From a virus (lineage: Duplodnaviria; Caudoviricetes): DNA of 53,219 nt. Below, piece after piece: positions 37,678-46,700 of this stretch (positions are counted from its first letter, which is position 1; every line of letters begins with the position of its first letter). The stretch lies in IMG/VR virus record IMGVR_UViG_3300023109_001857, positions 1 through 53,219 of that record; one strand, written 5' to 3'. A program made the translations under genes and the position numbers. The notes beneath the pieces were generated by a model. That model worked only from the letters and a program-made list of their open reading frames with translations, did no database searches and was not told the origin of the DNA.

Positions 37678-37747
37678 TATACTATACGTAAGGACTTAGC
37701 GTCAACCCTTCTAATTCTGCCGCTACATATTTAACTAGGAGAGATAT
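37655..37747 (+). promoter_or_regulatory. Promoter plus pseudoknotted 5'UTR of queD
   Basis: TTGACA-N17-TATACT; AAGG/CCTT stem whose loop TAGCG pairs with downstream CGCTA. Confidence 0.5.
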
Positions 37748-38194
37748 ATGGCATATTATAGTACTAAGCATTACGGACACAACATTGGATTATCAGCAGT
37801 TTTTAGACAGCCCAACGCAGATCATTCACATTGTCATTTGCTACACGGATATAGTTTAGCATTTACATTTACATTTGGATGCACAGAACTAGACAATAAA
37901 AATTGGGCTGTAGACTTTGGTGGACTAAAACCGCTTAAAGCATGGCTAGAAGATCATTTCGATCATAAGGTAGCAGTAGACGCAAATGACCCAGAGATGG
38001 AAACTATGCTAATGTTACAAAACTTAGGACTAGCAGAAATTAGAGTATTTGAAGGCGTGGGTGCAGAGAAATTTGCAGAACATGCATGGCGCTTTGCAGA
38101 CACACTTATACGTGAAGCAACAGACAATCGTTGCTATTGTGTGCGAGCAGAGTGTGCAGAGCATGGTGCCAACTCAGCTATATATGAAGCATAG
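37748..38194 (+). CDS. queD: 6-carboxy-5,6,7,8-tetrahydropterin synthase / PTPS family
   Basis: SHCHLLHGY, VDFGGLK, FDHK, GAEKFAE, EHGANSA. Confidence 0.85.
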   Translation: MAYYSTKHYGHNIGLSAVFRQPNADHSHCHLLHGYSLAFTFTFGCTELDNKNWAVDFGGLKPLKAWLEDHFDHKVAVDANDPEMETMLMLQNLGLAEIRVFEGVGAEKFAEHAWRFADTLIREATDNRCYCVRAECAEHGANSAIYEA

Positions 38195-38206
38195 AAAGGA
38201 AATTAG

Positions 38207-38767
38207 ATGAGAGAAGAATGGTTTTGGGAAGAAGTTAACGAAGCCCGTGCTAAAGGTGAAAGTCGTTTATGGAAAAATGCATTTCCAGAAGCTAATGTAT
38301 TGGATATGAATTGTCTAGTCGAGGTCAATCAATATCTAGCCACAGTTAGTGGAGCCAACCCTTTAGCATATCAACATCAAACAATGATGTCACCGGTACA
38401 TTGGGATGAAAGAGTAAAACCATTTTATTCAGAATTTTTATCTAATTTTGAACGACAGGGCACAGAAACAGATTGGAATAGTTTTTTCTTTTTTAGTACA
38501 TCAGACGAACATCAGTCTTTAAACTTACACGGAGACACAGAAAGTGTACTTTTAATACAAGGCTATGGCGATGTAGGCATGGTAACATATCACCAAGACA
38601 AACCAGGAAAAATAATTCATCATATGGAAACAGGCGATGCTCTTTTACTTCCTCCTTTGTATATACACAAGCCAGTGCCGATCGGGCCTAGAGTAACGTT
38701 GAGTTTAGGTGCTATACCCAAACATTATTCAGCGGGTGCGCCGCAAATGAATCCAAATAGACACTGA
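38207..38767 (+). CDS. JmjC/cupin-like oxygenase
   Basis: NLHGD, LIQGYG, GDALLLPP..IH, RVTLS. Confidence 0.65.
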   Translation: MREEWFWEEVNEARAKGESRLWKNAFPEANVLDMNCLVEVNQYLATVSGANPLAYQHQTMMSPVHWDERVKPFYSEFLSNFERQGTETDWNSFFFFSTSDEHQSLNLHGDTESVLLIQGYGDVGMVTYHQDKPGKIIHHMETGDALLLPPLYIHKPVPIGPRVTLSLGAIPKHYSAGAPQMNPNRH

Positions 38768-38772
38768 TAATT

Positions 38773-39477
38773 ATGAACTACGTTGTTTGTTTAAAATACG
38801 GAAACAAATACTCAGCGGAATATGTTAATAAACTTTACTCAATGGTAAAGCGTAACTTAACAGTTCCGTTTGAGTTTGTATGTTATACTGAAGATCCGTC
38901 TGATATAGATACCGATATTAGAGTAGAACCTATACAGATAATTCCAGGAGTTAGCGGTTGGTGGTATAAACCAATGTTTTTTAATCCTAAACTTGGATTA
39001 AAAGGTACAATATTGTTTTTTGATTTAGATGTAATAGTTTTTGACAATATAGATAATCTGTTCAGTTATGAAGCTGGAAAGTTTTGTATTATAAGAGATT
39101 TTAATAGACACGTAATAAAAAATTATAACAAGTTTAACAGCAGTATTTTTAGGTTAACTACGAATATGCATCAACATGTGTATACTGACTTTATTAAAAA
39201 TCCAAATAGTCAAATAAAACGTTTCCAAGGAGATCAAGATTGGTTACGTGCTTCTATTAAAGAAGGCACATATGCTTATTGGCCCGATGAATGGATACAA
39301 AGTTATAAATGGGAAATGCGCAGTAAACCAAAATTTGACAATGCTCCAAGAGGACAAAGAGATTTCGAAACTACTGGTGATCCTGTGATAAAGAACGAAA
39401 CAAGTGTAGCAGTATTTCACGGCGATCCTAATCCGCATAACTGCAAAGATCAGTGGGTTATTGACAATTGGTCTTGA
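38773..39477 (+). CDS. Glycosyltransferase (GT-A, DxD)
   Basis: CLKYGNKY, GWWYK, FFDLDVIV, NSS, GDQDW, VFHGDPNP. Confidence 0.8.
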   Translation: MNYVVCLKYGNKYSAEYVNKLYSMVKRNLTVPFEFVCYTEDPSDIDTDIRVEPIQIIPGVSGWWYKPMFFNPKLGLKGTILFFDLDVIVFDNIDNLFSYEAGKFCIIRDFNRHVIKNYNKFNSSIFRLTTNMHQHVYTDFIKNPNSQIKRFQGDQDWLRASIKEGTYAYWPDEWIQSYKWEMRSKPKFDNAPRGQRDFETTGDPVIKNETSVAVFHGDPNPHNCKDQWVIDNWS

Positions 39478-39623
39478 CACGTATTAAGAAACGTGTTATA
39501 CTTGCTATACAATGGTACAAACAACTCAGGCAACATCCACACTATGCATGGTACAACTGTATCGCATGGGCGTGGTCCAACTCAGGCACACACGAACTTG
39601 ACGGTTCTTATAGGAAATTTTAA
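39474..39623 (+). CDS. Small Trp-rich hypothetical protein (49 aa)
   Basis: TTG start overlapping the upstream TGA; MTRIKKRVILAIQWYKQLRQHPHYAWYNCIAWAW...; ends 1 nt before the uvsE ATG. Confidence 0.5.
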   Translation: MTRIKKRVILAIQWYKQLRQHPHYAWYNCIAWAWSNSGTHELDGSYRKF

Positions 39624-39624
39624 T

Positions 39625-40755
39625 ATGCAAGATCTTAAATTTACAACATGCGGCGATTATATGCAACAAGAAATACAACGTATTGGCTTTGCTTGCAAGT
39701 ACTTACATCCAGATCAAACACAGAAGAAGAAAGTTCTTGAAGAAATCCAACGTCCACTTACTGAAAAGTGTACAACAGTACAATGGCTAAATAGACAAAC
39801 AAAGGATGTTGCAGAACAAAGATTGTGGGACATTATGGTACACAATGCAGCAGCCGCAAAGAGGTTAGTAGAGTATGTGGGAAGCCTTCCTCCAGAACTT
39901 AGAATGGTCCGACTTGGTAGTAATCAGCTTCCTGTTTATACCCAGCGGGATTGGAGTTATTATTGGCAGCGTCCTGATGTTATTGCCTACCTCGAAAAAC
40001 ACTACGGTGCAGTCGGTGAAGCGGCAAGAGCCCTCGATGTCCGACTATCGATGCACCCAGGCCAATTTACTGTACTTGCAAGCGACAACGAAGAAATAGT
40101 AGAACGGAGCATAGAAGAATTTGAATATCACGCCACTCTCATCCGGTACATGGGTTACGGGAAACAATTCCAAGACTTTAAATGCAATGTCCATATATCG
40201 GGTCGAAAAGGTCCACAAGGCATTAGGGACGCACTTAAACGACTCTCGCCTGAAGCAAGAAACACTATTACAATCGAGAATGACGAAAACAAGTGGGGAC
40301 TCGAACACAGCCTCGAACTTGTCGACGACTGCGCACTTGTACTCGACATACACCATCACTGGTGCCGTGAAGGCGAATACATACGTCCCACCGACGATAG
40401 ATTTGCTCGCGTAATTGACAGCTGGCGTGGTGTGCGTCCTGCAATACATTATTCATACAGTCGCAACGAACACCTACCCGAAGGCTTTGCACACGACACT
40501 ATGCCCGATATGCCAGCACTACTAGAAGCAGGCTACAAGAAAGGCAAACTACGAGGACACAGCGATTACTATCCTAATCAACTTGTTAATGACTGGGCAT
40601 TGAGCTTCTTGCCTTACACAGATATTATGTGCGAGAGCAAGTGTAAGAACCTAGCAAGCATTGCGCTATATAAATACAGTACGGAGAAAAACAATGAGCA
40701 ACTATTTGAGCAACATGTACGGTCGTCAATCCAAGAACACTGCACAGCCTACTAA
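39625..40755 (+). CDS. uvsE: UV damage endonuclease
   Basis: RIGFAC, RLSMHPGQF.VLAS, NVH, TIENDE, LDIHHH, HYS, HSDY, MCESK.K; start ATG 39625 or 39661 rather than 39493. Confidence 0.92.
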   Translation: MQDLKFTTCGDYMQQEIQRIGFACKYLHPDQTQKKKVLEEIQRPLTEKCTTVQWLNRQTKDVAEQRLWDIMVHNAAAAKRLVEYVGSLPPELRMVRLGSNQLPVYTQRDWSYYWQRPDVIAYLEKHYGAVGEAARALDVRLSMHPGQFTVLASDNEEIVERSIEEFEYHATLIRYMGYGKQFQDFKCNVHISGRKGPQGIRDALKRLSPEARNTITIENDENKWGLEHSLELVDDCALVLDIHHHWCREGEYIRPTDDRFARVIDSWRGVRPAIHYSYSRNEHLPEGFAHDTMPDMPALLEAGYKKGKLRGHSDYYPNQLVNDWALSFLPYTDIMCESKCKNLASIALYKYSTEKNNEQLFEQHVRSSIQEHCTAY

Positions 40756-40981
40756 CAAAAACCCTAATCGTGTAGCAGGTGGATTACGTGCGCAAGGCGC
40801 TGACATGTTTGAAATGTTAGGTGAAGACGGTAGCGTACAAAAGATTCCTACAGAAGCATATGTACGTTCATTGGAGGATCAGTCACGAAAGCAGCGAGCG
40901 GCTATCACTGTATTAGAGCGTAAGCTAACTCGCTGTGAAACTTCAATTGAACAATTAAAGAATGCTATTTCGCGTTCTTAG
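40694..40981 (+). CDS. Hypothetical late coiled-coil protein
   Basis: TATAAATA at ~40668, SD GGAG, ATG 40694; KNPNRVAGGLRAQG. Confidence 0.7.
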   Translation: MSNYLSNMYGRQSKNTAQPTNKNPNRVAGGLRAQGADMFEMLGEDGSVQKIPTEAYVRSLEDQSRKQRAAITVLERKLTRCETSIEQLKNAISRS

Positions 40982-41249
40982 CAAGCTTCAATACTTCAGC
41001 TACTAGGTCTGCTTTTTTCTTTCTTTTGTCAATGTCTACTTTATAGTTCGCTTTAGCAAAATCTTCTAAGCCTTGTTTGGTAAGTTTTGATAAACTTGCC
41101 TTTGTTGCTTTAACAGATTTTACTTCAACTTCTACAATCTTTTCAATCTTCGGTGGTGTTACTGCTTTAGGAACAATATCAGACAATTTCTGTGCCGGTA
41201 TCGCTACGTCTTCGGCGGTAACAAATAAATTTTTAAACCATTTTATCAT
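40965..41249 (-). CDS. Basic protein with Rho-N/HeH-like C-terminal motif
   Basis: LSKLTKQGLEDFAKANYKVDIDKRKKKADLVAEV; SD AAGGAGG. Confidence 0.7.
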   Translation of the reverse strand: MIKWFKNLFVTAEDVAIPAQKLSDIVPKAVTPPKIEKIVEVEVKSVKATKASLSKLTKQGLEDFAKANYKVDIDKRKKKADLVAEVLKLAKNAK

Positions 41250-41271
41250 AATTTCCTCCTTAAGGAACTAT

Positions 41272-41283
41272 TATTTATAAATA
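41272..41283. promoter_or_regulatory. Bidirectional late promoter
   Basis: Palindrome TATTTATAAATA gives TATAAATA on both strands between divergent genes. Confidence 0.65.
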
Positions 41284-41305
41284 TTTGTCACAAGGAGATT
41301 TAAAT

Positions 41306-41470
41306 ATGATTAAAACATGGATTAAGAAAAGATTAGAAGAAAGAACAACAATGGACGGTGCAGTATTAATTGGTGCTGGAATTGTGTTTCTTATCTTTAA
41401 ACCACTAGCAAGCATTGTTGCATACGGTGCTATTGCTTACGGAGCATGGACAATTTGGAAAGCAGAATAA
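41306..41470 (+). CDS. Small two-TM membrane protein
   Basis: SD AAGGAG; MIKTWIKKRLEERTTMDGAVLIG... Confidence 0.7.
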   Translation: MIKTWIKKRLEERTTMDGAVLIGAGIVFLIFKPLASIVAYGAIAYGAWTIWKAE

Positions 41471-41558
41471 TCAAGATGCAACAAATTGTAACAATCACCT
41501 GAAATAGGTTGCTTTTCTGTTGTAATATGTTTAAATATTAATTCCAGGAGAATTATAT

Positions 41559-42842
41559 ATGAAATATATTACAGCAGCATTAGCAGCTTTATTCCCACTC
41601 GTACTATCAGCACAAACATACACTAACGAAGTAGCAGCTATCATCAACGATAACTGTGTAGTATGCCATCGTGCGGGTGGTATTGGGCCAATGAGCTTTG
41701 AAACATACGAGCAAGTACGCCCTTGGGCACCATTAATATCACTTAAAGTAATGAAAAGAGAAATGCCGCCATATGCGTATGACCATGGCATTGGAATTCA
41801 AGACCTACAAGGTGATTGGCGCTTATCACAAAAAGATATAGACACAGTGGTTGAGTGGGTAGATAACGGAGCAAGTTATGGAGATCCAGACAGAGTAGTA
41901 CAGCCGGCAAATTTACGTGATCCAGAAGCATGGAACTTTGAAGGAGACTTTGGCGCACCGGATGCAATTATTGCAAGCGTAGCAATAGATATTCCTGCAA
42001 ATGGCAATGACTTGTGGCATAAGCACAATGTTCCAACAGGACTAAGTGAAGACCGTTGTATTAAAGCAGTACAAGTTAAACCACGAGGCAATGCCAAATC
42101 AGTAGTACACCATGCCAACTCAAGTATTATAACTGAGGGAGGCAGACAAGGTATGCTAACTGAGTATGCTATGGGAAAGTGGGGAGAGATAGTTCCAGAA
42201 GGAGTATGCAGAACTATCCCAGCAAACGCAGAAGTAGCATGGGACATTCATATGTTCCCCGGTGGACTTGGAGCAATGGCACCAGGATCAGTTATTCGAG
42301 ACAACGTGGTAGAGATTGGTCTTTGGTTATACACCGAAGAGGAAAGCGAACAACTGAAATACAAACAAGATTTGAGTTTGTATCGCTTAGGCGACCAGGA
42401 CGATATTACTATCCCACCACACGGCTATTACATGACACAAGGCTTCCACAGTTTTGACCATCCAGTTAGACTAGATAGTTTTCAACCACACGGACACCTG
42501 CGTATGAACGCAGCAAGTTTGGAAATATTCTATCCAGAGACAGGACGCACAGAACAGATTAGCCAAGTAAGCAATTGGAGTGCAACATGGCATCACAGTC
42601 ATTTGTACGATCCAGACGTAGCACCACTTTTACCAGCAGGAGCAGTTATTGTTCTAAAGCAATGGTATGACAACACAGCAGAAAATCCAAATAATCCAGA
42701 TCCAGATATGTGGGTAATGGGCGGTTCAAGAACAGGTGACGAAATGACTCACGCTTGGCTTGCTATTACACACTTAGACGAAGAAGGATACAATAAACTA
42801 AAAGAGGAAAGAGATGAAAAATTTAATATTGCTAGTAAGTAG
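41559..42842 (+). CDS. Secreted c-type heme (CXXCH) plus copper type II monooxygenase-like protein
   Basis: Signal peptide, CVVCH...MPP, VVHH, QPHGH, DEM: PHM/DBH-like CuH/CuM ligand pattern. Confidence 0.75.
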   Translation: MKYITAALAALFPLVLSAQTYTNEVAAIINDNCVVCHRAGGIGPMSFETYEQVRPWAPLISLKVMKREMPPYAYDHGIGIQDLQGDWRLSQKDIDTVVEWVDNGASYGDPDRVVQPANLRDPEAWNFEGDFGAPDAIIASVAIDIPANGNDLWHKHNVPTGLSEDRCIKAVQVKPRGNAKSVVHHANSSIITEGGRQGMLTEYAMGKWGEIVPEGVCRTIPANAEVAWDIHMFPGGLGAMAPGSVIRDNVVEIGLWLYTEEESEQLKYKQDLSLYRLGDQDDITIPPHGYYMTQGFHSFDHPVRLDSFQPHGHLRMNAASLEIFYPETGRTEQISQVSNWSATWHHSHLYDPDVAPLLPAGAVIVLKQWYDNTAENPNNPDPDMWVMGGSRTGDEMTHAWLAITHLDEEGYNKLKEERDEKFNIASK

Positions 42843-42987
42843 TATTATTATAACAGGATGCACTAGTTCAGGTTACAATGGCCCGCATGATTTTAATTGG
42901 AACCCTGAACTAGTAGTCTGGGAGCAAAATATTAGAAACTGTAGGAGTGCGGACGTTTGTAGAGCAGAAACACTGTTTAGACGATGA
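42814..42987 (+). CDS. Small lipoprotein (57 aa)
   Basis: MKNLILLVSSIIITGC lipobox; SD GAGGA; not in the ORF track. Confidence 0.65.
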   Translation: MKNLILLVSSIIITGCTSSGYNGPHDFNWNPELVVWEQNIRNCRSADVCRAETLFRR

Positions 42988-42995
42988 AAGTTAAA

Positions 42996-43283
42996 CTATA
43001 GTTTACCAATAGGCGTAGAGCTACTAGCACTCATGTTCCAAACTTGTTTGCGCTCTACGCCTTTCTTTTGAGCAAAAACCTTACTATCACAGTTCTTACA
43101 TACGTGAAAGTAGTTATTGCTTAAACGCTTTGGATCCATACTACCTCTTGTGCGTTCAAACTCTGCGTCACAATTATCACACCTAAATACACAATGTGTT
43201 TGTTCACGCTTATAGGCATGTTCTTTGCCTGTTTTGCTAGTGCGCACATGCCGGGTTTGTTTTTTAAATTCTCTTATGTACAT
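42996..43283 (-). CDS. Zn-finger-like hypothetical protein (probably leaderless)
   Basis: CDNC...HVCKNC; ATG 5 nt after a minus-strand TAAATA. Confidence 0.7.
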   Translation of the reverse strand: MYIREFKKQTRHVRTSKTGKEHAYKREQTHCVFRCDNCDAEFERTRGSMDPKRLSNNYFHVCKNCDSKVFAQKKGVERKQVWNMSASSSTPIGKL

Positions 43284-43346
43284 AAGTATATTTAACATTA
43301 AGATTATAAAACGCAACGATAAATACTATCATAAGAAGGATCATTC

Positions 43347-43709
43347 ATGAGTATAGTTACACTAACAGACACAGCAAAAGCACAAATTGATATCATTTGC
43401 GAAGAAAATGAGTGCTATGCAGTGTCTTTAAACCTTAAAGGCGGTGGATGTGCTGGTTTTGAATACGATTGGGCTACTGTAGCAACAGAAGCAGATCTAG
43501 AAGCAAACGATATAGTTATTGACTCAAATACAGGTAAATTTGTAATCGGAACAACAGCAGTAATGTACATGATAGGTACAGAGATAAACTACAAAAAAGA
43601 TATAATGGGTGCAACTTTTGAAGTTAACAACCCTAATGCACAATCAGCGTGTGGTTGCGGCATAAGTGTAAATTTTGATATGAACAAACTGGCAACCCCA
43701 GCAATATAA
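43347..43709 (+). CDS. iscA: A-type Fe-S cluster carrier (IscA/ErpA/HesB)
   Basis: GGGCAGFEY, NPNAQSACGCG.S. Confidence 0.88.
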   Translation: MSIVTLTDTAKAQIDIICEENECYAVSLNLKGGGCAGFEYDWATVATEADLEANDIVIDSNTGKFVIGTTAVMYMIGTEINYKKDIMGATFEVNNPNAQSACGCGISVNFDMNKLATPAI

Positions 43710-43723
43710 ACGGAGCAATATAA

Positions 43724-46700
43724 ATGGCAAAGCAACAAATTGATATCGGCATTGAAGGTAATGACGGCACAGGCGATAGTATTCGCGAGTCATTTCGTAA
43801 AGTAAACGAAAACTTTCAAGAACTGTATGCAGTTTTTGGTATTGGAGGACAGATATCATTTACTGATCTTAATGATACTCCTAATACTTATGAAGGCAAT
43901 GAAAATAAAGTTCCATTAGTTAAATCAGATGGTAGTGGTATTGACTTACTTGAACTTGCTTCAGATAATAGTTTAGATGGCACACCAGATACTATTGGAT
44001 TTGACTTTACTGTAGATGGTAAAGTTATTATCAAACAGCTAGTATCAAAAGTTTCAAACGATCCAGAGCCAATCTTAGGTGGTCCTATGGATGCTGCTAC
44101 ACAGCCTATTGCAAACGTAAGTGTTACACAGGCTGCTATTGATACATTTAACTCCGTTCATGGTACAAACTTAACAACAGGTGCTCTTGTTATTGACAAA
44201 GCATTTGCTGACAGAAATTATCAAGCTAAAGAAGTTGCTGGGGGCGGATTGCGTTTAGGTAACGAACCAGCAGATGAATCAAACTATATCTTCAGCACTA
44301 CAAATATTAGTTTAGGATATTTAAATATTCCAGCGCATGGTTTAACTACTGCATATAATGGTGCAGGATTTAAATTTGTTTCTTCAGGAACTGATCCGTT
44401 TGGTGTCACAACTAATGGCACTTATTATGTTAGAATAATCGACACTGACAATATTGCACTATACAATAGTGAAAGCGATGCAATTAACGCAACCGGACGT
44501 ATTGCACTAGCTGGAGGATCAGGAACATTTACAATTACTGATGCAGCATATGATGCAAACCTAGAAGGTTATTGGTTAGAAAATGTTGCTATACCACGTA
44601 AGAGTATTGTAAGACGTCAAGGCGATGACATGACAGGTGCGCTTAACTTGTTTGACCATCCAGGCGAATTATCAGGTACAGGTTTACCAAACGGTCCAGA
44701 TGATTTACAAGCAGCAACAAAATTGTATGTTGACAATGCTGCATCTGTTACAAATGTAAATTTATTTGTAAGTACATCTGGTTCAGATCAACAAACATTC
44801 ACGCCAGACGGCAAAGAAGGCAGAGCTCCAGCGTATGCCTTCCGCACTATTAACGCAGCAGCACGTAAAGCAGAAGAATTAATTATTGCTGCTCCTCCAG
44901 AGCCAGGTCCGTATATGCAGACTATGACGTATGCAACTGGTGGCAATACAGCATTAACAAATACAGTTGGAATTACAAGTCCGATTGCTGATCGTGCAAA
45001 TGCAAGAGCAATTATTGTTGCTAACAAAGAATTTATTGCTAAAGAAGTTACAGGGTATGTTGATGCAACATTCCCAGACTTTGCAGGAACATATGATTTA
45101 GAAATTTGTCAACGTGATGTTGGATTTATTCTAGACAGTGTAAGTTTAGATGCGCTACTAGGTAACAATGCTAACTATCTTTCACGTTGGGCTGGCATAC
45201 GTTACTACTCAAATGTTAGTGCGCAGAAAGCAATTGGCTCACAGCGAGTAGAAACTATTGCAGGTATTGAATATGCTAAGAGTATTGTTACACAGTATAT
45301 TTTAACAAATACACCTGTGCCTACAACATATCAAACTAGAGTACCGCAAGTAACTAATTTAGCATTACCTGATTCAAGTGCAGATGAAACAATCGGTGCA
45401 AAAATGGATATTGTTCTCGATGTTATTAACAACGGTGTTCTCGATGCTCCTCAAATTGTTGACGGACAAACAACTTATAAAATTAACATAAACAATGGCG
45501 GGCTTGGATTTATAAATCAAGCAAATCCAGAAAACACAGATATTATTCCAGGTAAAGTTGTACGTGGCAAAAACTCAGGCGCTACTGCACGTATTGTTGA
45601 TTACAAATACGAAGCAGGACCAAGAGCAGTTAGTGTTAGCGGTACTGACGAGATAGAAGTCCAGCTGTTAGAGCCAGTTGAGTTTGTTGCTGGTGAACCA
45701 TTAGAGTATGGTAACTACGTAAGAGAAACACAAATTTCAATTAGAGTTGAATCGGGCATTTACGAAGAAGATTATCCAATTCGTATTCCTGCTAACGTAA
45801 GTGTTAAAGGCGATGAATTTAGACGTTGTATTGTACGTCCAAAGAAACGTGTTTCGCAATCACGTTGGGCAAATACATTCTTCTATCGTGATGCAGAGTT
45901 TGACGGACTTGTATTAGGTAAGTCAAATATTGAAACAGTTGCATTTGATCCACAAACTGATGCATCTAGAACAGCTGGCACATATGCAGTAAGCACATGG
46001 ACTACAGATAAATTAGGTGTAGATGCAGAGTTTAGTATTGTTGTAGATGGAAATGGTACTATTACAAGTATTACTGTTACCAATAGTGGAGACCAGTTTC
46101 AACATGGTGAACGATTAACTGTTTTAGACGATCAGTTAGGTGGCGGCGGCGCTGGTAGTATTACATTTACAATTGCTAGCGTTCCAAACGGTATTGAATA
46201 TATAAACCCATTAACTGGAAAAGCCGATGGATATTTTGGTTACCATTATCTAACACAGCCTGAACTATTGAAAAATACAGGTGCTGGTTATGAGAACGTA
46301 GGTAAATGGGAAACCAATGCGCTTACACTTATCGACAACAAAGAATTTATACAAGAACAGGTTGTTAACTATATTGAAACAACATACCCTGCACTAGTTG
46401 GCTCCTATAGTAGACAAAAATGTTTTAGAGACACAGGATTAATTGTTGATGCTCTTGTAAAAGATTTACGTAATGGCGGAAACGAGTTTGCACTCGAAGC
46501 ACAAGGCGAATACTATGCAGGTGCTGTTGAAGTAGGAACAGAAGACGAAACAGTTGCAGGTATACAACACATCTATACAATGGCTAGTAAACTTATACTT
46601 GGTCAATCACCAACAACGCTTTATAATCAAGCAGGCGGTGATGCAAGTGACAGGCTGTACGCAGAAGATTTGTTTAATGGATCAGGTGAGCCTGATGCAT

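Noticed and set aside
39493-39624. N-terminal extension of UvsE in the ORF track
   Set aside because: Not UvsE-like; overlaps a promoter-like sequence (TTGACA-N17-TATACT, 39474-39502) and a more plausible 49-aa ORF in another frame; ATG 39625 has an SD
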